From Mobula hypostoma (Eukaryota): 64,000 nucleotides of DNA. The DNA is taken from positions 7,936,001 to 8,000,000 of the forward strand of contig NC_086098.1 of assembly GCF_963921235.1 (NCBI RefSeq), read 5' to 3'. This document shows positions 38,540 to 49,602 of this stretch, piece by piece. Both the position numbers and the translations under genes were made by a program. The notes below the pieces were generated by a model. The model was not told where the DNA came from. It was given only the letters and a program-made list of their open reading frames with translations, and searched no databases. Every line of letters starts with the position of its first letter. Within the stretch, counting starts at the first letter, position 1.

Positions 38540-38882
38540 AACATAATTTTTTTCCCTCCCAATTCCCTCTTCTATTCTATACTCTGGACATTTACCTCTC
38601 CTCTACCTGCCTATCACTTCCTCCGGTATCCTTCCTCCTTCCCTTTCTCCTATGATCTACTCTCCTCTCCTATCAGATTCCTTCCTCTCCAGCCTTTTAC
38701 CTTTCCCACCCATCTGGCTTCACCTACCACCTTCTGGCTATCCTTCTCCTTCCCCCACCTTTTTATTCTGGTGCCTTCCCCCATCTGAAGATGGGTTTCA
38801 GCCTGAAACATTGACTGTTTATGAATTTCCATTGAAATCATGCCTGACCTACTTGAGATACTCCTGCATTTTGTGTGTGTTA
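38540..38882 (+). mobile_element. Penelope-like terminal repeat with degenerate hammerhead (38781-38816)
   Basis: CT-rich tract, then CTGAAGAtgggtttcagcctGAAAcattgact. Confidence 0.65.
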
Positions 38883-39056
38883 CAACTGTTTCACACTGGT
38901 CATTTTCAGTCATTAATACTGATTATTTAGAGCTACCGAGTATATCTGACAACGTGTTGCATCACAGCTTAAAAAGAAACATCTTACTTTTGTACAAGAG
39001 ATTTTTCTAAGACCTGCGCATCCACTGTTTTAGGTGAAGGTTTATTTTCTTCACAG

Positions 39057-39109
39057 CTGATTGCAGCGATGTCTTCGAGGTGAAGATATTTCCTGGTATG
39101 ATACATTAT
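39057..39109 (+). CDS. Candidate micro-exon of a host gene
   Basis: tttattttcttcacag| acceptor (alternative AG at 39065-39066) and TAT|gtgagc donor, in a repeat-free patch. Reads DCSDVFEVKIFPGMIHY, or RCLRGEDISWYDTL from 39067. Confidence 0.3.
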
Positions 39110-39329
39110 GTGAGCTTTTTAGTTATTGATCCTGCAAATTTGTGTAGCATTCTAACAAGCTAGAAATAGGACAGTGGGGTTGAGTGGGATTATATATTAG
39201 CCATGATGGAATGGTGGAACAGACGCAATGGGCCGAATGTCCTCATTCAGTTCCGATGTTCTGTGGACTTGAGGTCTAAGTTATAGTGGACAATGTGCTC
39301 ATTCTAATTCTACACTGGAAATATGTTGT

Positions 39330-39855
39330 CTGCTATTCAGGTTAAGATTGTGGTGGTTGTCCAATAGTCTGATGATGACAGGAAACCTCTGTGGGAGAGT
39401 TTTTACTGTAATACTGGGGCAGTTCCTTTCTGTACACATCAGAAGTCTGGGTCCAGAGGTACGAACAAGTATCACAAACTGGGAACTTCATCATTATACT
39501 GATGAATGTGATGTCTTCAGTGCCTTGTCACGCAGTTTACTCTCCTCAGAGCATTCCAGTATCGTCTTCCTGGCTGTTGGGTCTCACTGTAGACCTCATC
39601 TGCCCAGTCCGCCTGAGCTGCCTTTGCATGCTAGGACAGGCATGTCCCTATTTCACCAGGGTGTAAGTCTGCCAGCGACCCTCTCCTGGTTTAGCCCCCT
39701 GTCCAAGTGGTGTACTGAGTGGTAGCAAACAGCTACTTGGAGCTGCAGGTGAGAGCTGGGTGTCCAGTGGCAATCGAAGGTGAGTGAACTGCCCCAGACT
39801 GGACACAACAAGCCCCTTCACTAGAGGTGCTACCCCTCCCTGGACACCCCAAATA
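39330..39855 (-). mobile_element. Non-autonomous RTE-like element (related partial copy at 31115-31395)
   Basis: Shared ggttgtcc..gatgacaggaaacc..gggagag and ctcatctgcccagtcc blocks; reverse complement head cacctctagtgaaggggcttg resembles RTE 5' UTRs. Confidence 0.55.
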
Positions 39856-40221
39856 CCCTACAGGTTAAGATTAGCCAACCTCAAAAAGAAACTTCTTGGA
39901 GGTGAATTTACAGCGTTATATCTGACGTTTAATGGGATAGTTACCGGCGAACAGGAAACAGCATTTTTTGGATATCCCTAGGCAGCAGAATTAAACAGCA
40001 CAGGTTCAAGGTTGTGAAAGCCAATTTTGTTTTAGACAGCAGCAATCATTTCCAGGCACAGCTGGAGATCTCCTGATAGAATGGGCAGTCCCTGCGACCT
40101 GCTCGCTGGGCTCATTTAGGAAGCAGCTAGTTAGAATAATGAGCAGAAGGGAGCCAGAATATTCCAGCAGAATGAAATCAAGTAAGTCAGTCCTCATTTG
40201 AACCAGTTTTTTGAGCTTATA

Positions 40222-40600
40222 GAGTCATAGAACACAGCAGCACAAAAACAGGTCTATTGGCCCATCTAGTCCATGCTGAATTATAGACAATGGACAATAG
40301 ACAATAGGTGCAGGGGTAGGCCATTCCGCCCTTCAATCCAGCACCGCCATTCACTTTGATCATGGCTGATCATCCACTATCAGAAAACCTGGTTGCAGTT
40401 CCACACAACCTCAGTGGAAAAAGTCTGCTTGTATTTGCTCTATCTGTACCCATCATAATTTTGTATATCTCTATCAAATCTCCCCTCATTCTCATACGCT
40501 CCAGGGAATAGAGTCCAAATCTATTCATCCTTTCCTGAAAATTCAGGTCCTCAAATCCTGGGAACATCCTTATAAATTTTCTCTGCACCCTCTCAATCTG
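40222..40600 (-). mobile_element. CR1 3' end with nested CR1 tail
   Basis: QRKFIRMFPG..YSLERMRMRGDLIEIYKI; (tagacaa)n tail at 40284. Confidence 0.75.
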
Positions 40601-41405
40601 TGTGGGTGTGGAGGTTGTGGGTTAGTGGGTGGAGGTGTTGATCAACCTCACTGCTTGGAAAGTAACTGTTTTTGAGTCTGGTGGTCCTGACGTAGACACA
40701 ATGTAACGTCCTCCCTAATGGAGGTGGGACAAACAGTCCATGAGCAGGGTGGGTGGGATTTTTCATGATGTTACTGGCCCTATTCCAGCACTTGTCCTTG
40801 ATGATAGGTAGGCTGGTACCAGTGATGTATTGGGCAGTTTTAACTACCTGTTTTAGAGCTTTTCAATCCAGCACACTGCAGTTTCTGGACCAGGCACTGA
40901 TGCAGCACGTTAAGCTGCTCCCCGCTGTGCATCTGTAGAAGGATGTGAGTATAGATAGATAGATTCTTTGAACCCAAAGGAAATTACAGTCTAACATGAG
41001 GGGATTTAAAAACGCAAACAACAGGAATTCTGCAGATGCTGGAAATTCAAGCAACACACATAAAAGTTGTTGGTGAACGCAGCAGGCCAGGCAGCATCTC
41101 TAGGGTTCACCAGCAACTTTTATGTGTGTAACAGGAGGGGATTATCACTTCCAAGCTGTAGGTTGGGCTCACTATAGCGCCTAATGGCCGAGGGTAAGAA
41201 TGACCTCATATAGCACTCTTTGGATCCGCGCAGTTGTCTAAGTCTATCACTAAAAGTGCTCCTCTGTTCAGCTAAGGTGGCATGCAGAGGGTGAGAAATA
41301 TTGTCTAGAACTGCCAGGAATTTCTGTTTCGTGCTTTGTTCTACCACAGCCTCCAGTGTGTTCAGTTTGATTCCTAGAACAGAACCAGCCTTTCTAATCA
41401 GTTTA

Positions 41406-41514
41406 AAAACGTAAACAGGACTCTTGACGAAGGGTCTCGGCCCGAAATGTCGACTGTACCTCTTCCTAGAGATGCTGCCTGGCCTGCTGCTTTCACCAGC
41501 AACTTTGATGTGTG
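41406..41514 (+). mobile_element. 109-bp PLE-derived mini-insertion with mutated hammerhead
   Basis: 15-bp TSD tttctaatcagttta (41391-41405, 41515-41529); TTGACGA..GAAA-tg-TC-gact at 41420-41455. Confidence 0.8.
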
Positions 41515-42069
41515 TTTCTAATCAGTTTATTGAGCCTGCTGGCATCAACTGTGTTGATGTCATTGCCCCAACACACTACTGCTTAGAAGATTGTACTGGT
41601 GACAACAGTCTGGTAGAACATGTGAAGGAGAGGCCTGCATTCTCCAAAGGACCTCAGTCTCCTCAGGAAGTAGAGGCAACTCTGACCCTTCTTGTTAACA
41701 CAGCCTCTGTGTCGGTGCTCCACTCAATCTATCATCTTGGTGCACACCAAGTACCTTTAGATCCTCACTGTATCCACGTCCTCACCATCAATATTAACAG
41801 GGAGCAATGCAGGTTTAGTCTTCCTGAAACCCATAAACATCTCCTGTGTCTTACTAATGTTGATCTGCAGCTTCGACCATTTGACAAAGTCCTCCACCAG
41901 GGCTCTGTATTCATCCCCCCGTCATCCCTTTATACACCCAACTATTGCTGAGTCATCAGAGAATTTCCACAGGTGACATGACTCGGCGTTGTATCTAAAG
42001 TCCGAGTATAATGGTAAACAGGAAGGGAGCCAATGTAGTCCCCTGTGGGGCCCCAGTGCTTACTCATAG

Positions 42070-42299
42070 TTCCGCCTCCTTCTACTACTGCGCATTGTTC
42101 TCCTGCCAATCACCTCCCTGCTACCCCTCCCTACCCCTTTGTCTTTCAAATTACTGTTTTTTCCAACTACCAGCATTCTTCAAACCCTCCCCAAAGTTCT
42201 TCCTTCAGTCCTGACGAAGGGTTTCGGCCCGAAACGTCGACTATTCTTTTCAACTGATGCTGACTGACCTGCTGAGTTCCTCCAGCGCATTGTGAGTGC
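42070..42299 (+). mobile_element. Penelope-like terminal repeat insertion
   Basis: Near-TSD tactcatag/tacttatag (42061-42069, 42300-42308); CT-rich tract followed by the hammerhead. Confidence 0.75.
42207..42242 (+). ncRNA. Minimal type I hammerhead ribozyme motif, best-preserved copy
   Basis: agtc-CTGACGA-a-gggt-TTCG-gccc-GAAA-cg-TC-gact; predicted cleavage after C42238. Confidence 0.8.
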
Positions 42300-43344
42300 T
42301 ACTTATAGCCACGTCTGACACAAACTGTGGTCTGCCAGTCAGGTTGTCCGTTATCCAAGACACAACGGAAGTGCCATCCTGCATTGAACAGAGCTTTTCC
42401 CCAGCAGTGAGGGCTCTATGGTATTGAAGGCATCTGAGAAATCAAAAAACATGATCCTCACAGTGTTGCCCTGCTTATCCAAATGGCAGTAGGCTCTGTT
42501 CAGTCGGAAGATGACAGCATCGTCGACTCCAATGTGCACCTGGTAGGCAAACTGAAGGTGGTCGAGGCCAGATCTGACCAGGACTCAGAGCTGAGCCAAG
42601 ACCAGCTTCTCCAGGGTCTTCATGATGTGTGAGGTCAGGGCCACTGGATGGTAGTCATTCATGTAGGATGTGTTTTAGGACCATGAAAGGTCGTGCAAGA
42701 TGTGCTCTCCCAGGAGGTTGAAACTGCTGTGCTGCAGATGTAAAGAGGGCTGTGAGCTGTGCAAGCTCTCCTGAAATCGGTAACCATCTTGTTTGTCTTG
42801 ATGACATTCAGAAAAAGGTTATTTGCCTGACAACAGGCCTCGAGCTCTTCCACCTTCTGTCTGCAGGCCATCTTATTATTAGACGTGTCATCAGCAAAGT
42901 TGACAGTGTAATTAAACCATAAGATATAGGAGCAGAATTAGGCCGTTTACCCATCGAGTCTGCTCTACCGTTACACGTGTTTGGTAGTGCAGTCATGTGT
43001 GATCAGAGTGTACAGCAGTGGGCTCAGCCCAGAGCCCTGAGGGGCACTCGTGTTAAGGATGAAGGGGAGGGAAGAGCAGTTGTGCATCCTGACTATCTGA
43101 GGCCTGTTGTTTAGGAAATGCACACAGCTGCAGAGTGGAGTATTTAGACTGAGGAGTAGGTCTAACGATTCTGTTGAATACTGAACTGACATCCAGAAAC
43201 AGCAATAATTAGACTAATTATTTGGCTAATTAGTAGGCAATCCGAATCTCAATGTTGTATACTGCATAAATACTTTGATAATGAATGTCCTTTGAATCTT
43301 TAAATTGGAGATTCAGCAATGAAATCTGTATGGGGAAGGGTAAA

Positions 43345-45885
43345 GGTAACTAAAATAGCTATAAGCAGGGAAAAGATAAAATATGAGGGCAGGCTAGCCA
43401 ATAATATAAGGTTACCAAAAGTTTTTTTCAGTTATATAAAGATTAAAAAGGAAGTGAGAGTTAATATCAGACTATTGGAAAGTGATGCTGGTGAGATAGT
43501 AATGGGGGACAAAGAAATGGCAGATGAACTTAATGGGTACTTTGCATCTGTCTTCACTGTGGAAGAAACTAGCAGTGTGCCAGAGGTCTGTGAGTGTCAG
43601 GGAGAAGGAGTGAGTGTTATTCTATTACAAAGGAAAATGGGTGAGGCAAACTCAACGTTCTTAAAGTGGATAAGTCACCTGGACAAGATGGATTACATCC
43701 CAGGGTCCTGAGAGAAGTTGCTGAAGAGACTACGAATGCATTGGTCATGATCTTTCGAGAATCACTTGATTCTGGCATGGTTCCGGAGGACTGGGAGATT
43801 GCAAATGTCACTCCACTCTTTAAGAAGGGAAGAAGGCAAAAGAAAGGACATTATAGGCCAGTTAGCATAACCTCAGTGGTTGGGAAAGTGTTGGAGTCCA
43901 TTATTAAGGATGAGGTTTCGAGGTACTTGGAGGTTAATAATAAAATAAGTCAAAGTCAGCATGGTTTCTGTGAAGGGAAATCTTGCCTGACAAATCTGTT
44001 AGAGTTCTTCAAGGAAGTAACAAGCAGAGTGGACAAAGGAGAGGGAGTGGATGTCATTTACTTGGATTTTCAGAAGGTGGTGGATAAGGTGCCACATATG
44101 AGGCTATTTAACAAGATAAGATCCTATGGCATGGATAGAGGAATGGCTGACAGGCAGGGAACAGCGAGTGGGAATAAAAGTGGCCTTTTCTGGTTGGCTG
44201 CCGGTGACTAGTGGTATTCCTCAGGGATCAGAATTGGGAAAGCTGCTCTTCACATTGTTTGTTAATGACTTAGATAATGGAATTGATGGCTTTGTGGCAA
44301 AGTTTGCGGATGATATGAAGATAGTTAGAGGGGTAGGTAGTGCTGAGGAAGCAATACAATTACAGCAGGACTTGGACAAATTGGAAGAATGGGCAAGAAA
44401 GTGTCAGATGGAATACAATGTTGGGAAATATATGATAATGCATTTTGGTAAAAGGAACAATAGTGCACACTATTAGATTATTAGATTAGATTATGAGGAC
44501 ACTCAGTCCTCGTTTATTGTCATTTAGGAATGCATGCATGCATTAAGAAATGATATGATGTTCCTCCAGAGTGATATCACAAAAAAACAGGACAAACCAA
44601 AGACTAACACTGACAAGATCACATAATTATAACATATAGTTACAGAAGTGCAAAGCAATGCCATAATTTGATAAAGAGCAGACCATGGGCACAGTAAAAA
44701 AAGTCTCAAAGTTCCGATTGACTCCTGATAGTCCCGATAGCAAGCAGCAGAAGGGAGAAACTCTCCCTGCCATAAACCTCCAGGCACCAACAACTGTTGA
44801 TGCATTGGAAGCACCTGACCACAGCCAACTCTGAGTCCATCTGAAAACTTCAAGCCTCCGACCATCCCTTTGACACCGAGCACTGAGCACCATCTTTGCC
44901 GAGCACTTCGACCCCATCCCGGCTGCCGAGCAACAAGCAAAGACCAGGACTCAGGGCCTTCTCCTCCGGAGATTCTGGACCACACAGTAACAGTGGCAGC
45001 GAAAAAGGCATTTCAGAAATTTCTCCAGATGTTCCTCCATTCTCTCACGTCTGTCTCCATCAAATCAGGATTGTGCACGGCACCCTACTTGACAGATTAC
45101 AGATATCATTCACCGGAGTGGCCGCGCAAGCTGTGACTATTATCTAAATGGGGAGAAGATTCAAACATCAGAGGCGCAGAGGGACTTAGGAGTTCTTGTG
45201 CAAGACTCCCAGAAGGTTAATTTACAGGTTGAGTCTGTGGTGATGAAGGCAAATGCAATGTTGGCTTTTATTTCAAGGGAAATAGAATATAAAAGCAAGG
45301 AGATAATGTTGAGCCTTTATTAGACTCTAGTTAGGCTGCACTTGAAGTATTATCAACAGCTTTGGGCCCCAAATCTCAGAAAGGATATGCTGTCATTGGA
45401 CAGAGTCCAGAGAAAGTTCATGAGGATGATTCCAGGAATAAAGGGGTTACCATATGAGGAGCGTTTGGCAGCTTTGGGTCTGTACTTACTGGTATTTAGA
45501 AGAATGAGGGGAATTCATTGAAACCTACCAAATGTTGAAAGGACAAGATAAGGTGCATGTAGAGAGGATGTTCCCTATAGTGGAGCTAACTAGAACTAGA
45601 GGGTACAGCCCCAAAATTGAGGGGCGACTCTTTCGAACAGAAATAAAGAGGAATTTGTTTTTAGGCAGAGTGAAGTAAATGTGTGGAATGCTCTGCCACA
45701 GACTGCGGGAAGGCCAAGTCTGTGGGTATATTTAAGGCGGCTGTTGGATTCTTTCCTGATCGGTCAGGTCATTGAAGGATATGATGAGAAGGCAAGTGTA
45801 TGGGGTAGAGTGGGATCCGGGATCAGCCATGGCCTAATGGGCTGAATGGCCTAATTCTGCTCCTACGTCTTATGGTCTTATGGTA
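43345..45885 (+). mobile_element. CR1 LINE ORF2, 5'-truncated, interrupted by family B copy 2
   Basis: KSPGQDGLHPRVLRE, YRPVSITS, SQHGFCEGKSCLTNLLEF, YLDFQK, GIPQGS, KFADD; (ttatgg)n tail. Confidence 0.93.
44476..45135 (-). mobile_element. Non-autonomous retroposon family B, copy 2 (slightly 5'-truncated)
   Basis: 7-bp TSD actatta (44469-44475, 45136-45142); colinear with 23975-24620. Confidence 0.9.
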
Positions 45886-45899
45886 CGTTTGGGCCTAAA

Positions 45900-46785
45900 A
45901 CAGAATTTTCCTGAGATAGCAATTCATAATAGTTTAATATTCAAGGACAATGCATAAATTATATTAGCGCTGAATATGATGTAAATATGTTGCTCAATTG
46001 AGAAAATTTTACAAACTGCCAATTCCAGCATGCAGATTATTATTATAAGATTTATGGCATCAATGAGTCAAACAGCTAGAAATGTAAATTAATTCATGAC
46101 AAGTTGAATGCTATTTGCTGACTTGAAGCTTTAGCTTGGACATTTCTGATAGCTTAAATGCGATGCAACATCAGCCCCAATTTTCACGGTGAAACGTATC
46201 ACAAGAACAACAAGCAGCTAAGGAGCCACCAGATTCTCTGCACAAGCTGGGCTGGTAATCACAATTATTTACCAAGATGCAAAAATTACCAGCAGCCTTC
46301 CTCAGGTACGTATCATTGGTAATCTGAGAGCTGACACAACATCTTCTGGAAACCCGGTGTCAGCATCGACAATTAAGGTCTCTGAAGTCAAACTTTGATT
46401 ACTCAAGATGGTGGAGCTGACAATTAGTGAGGCTTTGGCAGTTTTCATTTGATTTTTGTTCAGGAATATAGTCCCCGTGCCGCAAGGGTGACAGGGCTGA
46501 ATTGTGATTTTGATTTATTTCCAAATTGTTATAATAGAGATTTTAGTGATTCCATTTGCAAAATAACACTCCTCCAAACTGACATAAATAATTTAGAATG
46601 TGCACAAATAACAGGCCACGTATCTCCCGGGACCTTGCCAAATATATCTCACAGCCACATGCTTTTCTATTCAGTATTACATGAAATTTAAGCGAAATTG
46701 ATTGATAATTTATATCTCTGTACGTGAGAAATCAAAGGCTCATTAAGTTTGAAGTAATCATAACAGAAAGGGTCTAAATAGAAAT
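45900..46785. promoter_or_regulatory. Repeat-free island, candidate conserved enhancer
   Basis: No TE similarity seen; Pbx-Hox-like tgatttat and tgattgat, Meis tgacag, TCF ctttgat and atcaaag motifs. Confidence 0.4.
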
Positions 46786-46787
46786 CA

Positions 46788-47350
46788 CTATAAGACAGTA
46801 AGACATAGGAGTAGAATTAGACAATGCGGCACATTGATTCTGCTCCACCATTTCATCCCTCTCAAACACATTGGCCCACTTTCTCCCCGTGACCTTTGAT
46901 GTGCTGACTAATCAAGAACATATCAACCACTGCTTTAAATATACCCAGTGACATGGCTTCCATAGCTGCCCATGGCAATGAATTCCACAGATTCACCACC
47001 CTCTGAAATTCCTCCCCACCTCTGTACTAAAGGGACGTTCCTCTATTCTGAGGCTGTTCCCTCTAGCCCCAGACTCGCCTGCCATAGTAAACATATTTAC
47101 GCTCTCTTTGCCTTTCAATATTCAATAGGTTTCAGTAAGAACCCCCCATTCTCCTAAACTTCAGTGAGTACAGGACCACAGCCATCAAATTCTCATTATA
47201 CATTAACCGTTTCATGCCTGGGATCACTCTCGTGAACCTCCTCTGGACTCTCTCCAATACCAGAGCATCCTGTTTTAAACAGGGACCTCTAAACTGTTCA
47301 CAATACTCGAAGTGCACTCTGATCAATGCCTTATGAAGCCTCAGCAGCTA
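46788..47350 (-). mobile_element. CR1 LINE 3' end
   Basis: HFEYCEQF..LERVQRRFTRVIPGMK; (taagac)n tail. Confidence 0.85.
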
Positions 47351-48717
47351 CATATGGAGAAATAAGAATAAAAGCAATAGAAACAAAATAACAAATTAAA
47401 AACCATGAGCAATAAGCTGACCTTGAATTTTCCTAATGTGATTAAGAGACCCTTGGGTTCAGTTGTAACCTATCCCTTTTGTACAAGTTGTACGAGAGAT
47501 CTCCGTGATCCATAAATCTGAACCCCTGCCCCCTGTCCCTGTTCCTCAGCCGTGCATTCAGCTGCCAGATTACCCTGTTGTTTCCCTTACTGGCACATGG
47601 CAGGGGCAGTAATCCAGAGATTACTATCCTGGAATTCCTGTTTTTTAGCTTCCTACCTCGATCCCTAAAATTCTCTTCAGACCCTCATCACCTTTTCCCC
47701 TGCATACTAGTACATTCTGTTTTATTGGATTGCTTTTATATTTACATTTATTGTGTTTTATTTTTGTTCTTTTATTGGCTCTTTATGCATACTGTGTTTT
47801 TTATATGCTGCGTTAGATCCGGAGTAACAATTATTTCATTCTCCTTTACACTCGTGTATTGAAGACGGACAATAAACAATATTAAATGTTCTTCTGAGAA
47901 CAAATTCAACGTCATAACTAATCTGGTAAGGTTAACAGAAAATTGTGAAGAGTAAACAAAAAGCATGCAGCAATGTACAGTAAAATGAAACAACATACCT
48001 AAAGACACGTGGTTTCTCAGAACATGGACATCTACACCATGCCTGTACTCGATAGTCTGATTCCTTCCTGTACCCTTGAATTCCCAAGGCACTTTGAAGC
48101 TTAATGGTGAGGAGGCAGGGCTTTCTGCATCACAAATCCGGTACTTGCAAGGATCAAAACAAGCTCAGCTAGAAGAAATACAGCTGGGAAAAGCCGAACG
48201 ACTGCCAAAGGCACATTCCCAGGTGTACACACCTAACAGCTGACACCTGATCACATAGTTGTGCAAAGACCTTAATCACGTATATATAGTTAGGGCCTCT
48301 AAGACATTTACAGAGTACTGTATTTGTCGACATGAGGAAGGATAGCGAGTTTTTAAATCCGGCGAGAGAAAAGGATGTTGGGAATGGCGAGAATGAGGGT
48401 GGAATGTTGGGAACGTGGGGCGTGGGACAGGTGGCAGTGCCTGGGGTGGGAGGTAACGTGGGTGCAGACACACCCAGCCCTGACACATCAGGCAAGGTAA
48501 TTTGATTCCAATCAATTGGTTAATTGATCATTACAGAATGTCTCTCTGGTGTTTCCTTTCCCCTTTTCTCAACCGTGATTCCCCTGTCCCTGCTCCCTTC
48601 CCAGTCTCAATCTACTATAGAGACTCATAACAGAATCAGGTTTATCATCACTCACATATGTCATAGGACTTGTTTTTTTATTGTGGAAGCAGTACAGTAC
48701 AAAACATAAAATTACTA

Positions 48718-48784
48718 CAGTACCATGAAGAAGTCTTAGGCACCCTTGCTATATATTTGTGCCTAAGACTTTTGCACAATAGTC
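48718..48784. mobile_element. Tiny palindromic Tc1/mariner-like MITE remnant
   Basis: aagtcttaggcac ... gtgcctaagactt inverted arms; cagtac start after ta. Confidence 0.45.
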
Positions 48785-49602
48785 TATGGACAAAATATAT
48801 GAGATACATGAACAAAAATATATTGAACTAATCCCAAAGTAAAGCATAGCATTTCAAAATTCTTTTACCAAGGTTCATGAAGTCCAAGAGTGTTGAGTTG
48901 GGTCATTTCAGACGTACTCCACATAAAGAATCCATCCAGATAACCTTCATGAGGTTAAAGTTAGCACAGGGCAAAAGTTCCCAGAAATGTATCTGGGGAA
49001 AAATTGCCATAAACTTAGGTAACTAACTCAGAACAAAACTGTAGGAAACCTGCGTTGCGTCAGACAACATAAAGGAAAGCAAAATAGATTTAATGCTTCA
49101 GGACAATGGCTTGTCCATAAGACCGTAAGACATAGAAGCAGTATTAGGCCATTCGGCCCATCGAGTCTGCTCTGCCATTCAATCATGGCGGATTCTTTTT
49201 CCCCTCCTCAGCCCCTCTCCCGGTCTTCACCCCCTTTACCTTTGATGCCGTGTCCAATCAAGAACTTGTCTTACATACATCCAATGACCTGGCCTCCACG
49301 GCTGCATGTGGCAACAGACTCCACAAATTCACTATTGTCAGGCTAAAGAAATTTCTCCACATCTCTACATTAAATGGACGCCTCTCTATACTGAGGCTGT
49401 GCCCTCTTGTCCTGGATTCCCCCACCATGGGAGACATCACTTCCACATCTAGGCCTTTCGCCATTCAAAAGGTTTCAATGAGATCCCACCTCAATCTTCC
49501 AAATTCCAGTGAGTACAGACCCAGAGCCATCAAATGTTCCTCATCTGATAACTCTTTCAATCCCAGAATCATCCTTTGAACCTCCCCTGAACCCTCTCCT
49601 AT

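Larger units (their letters stand above)
40620..43185 (-). mobile_element. Nested Rex-Babar-like LINE fragments carrying three PLE-derived inserts
   Basis: LDNISHPLH..SFLPSAIR, RIMFFDFSDAFNTI, NTSAPQGSGLSPLLYTL. Confidence 0.8.
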
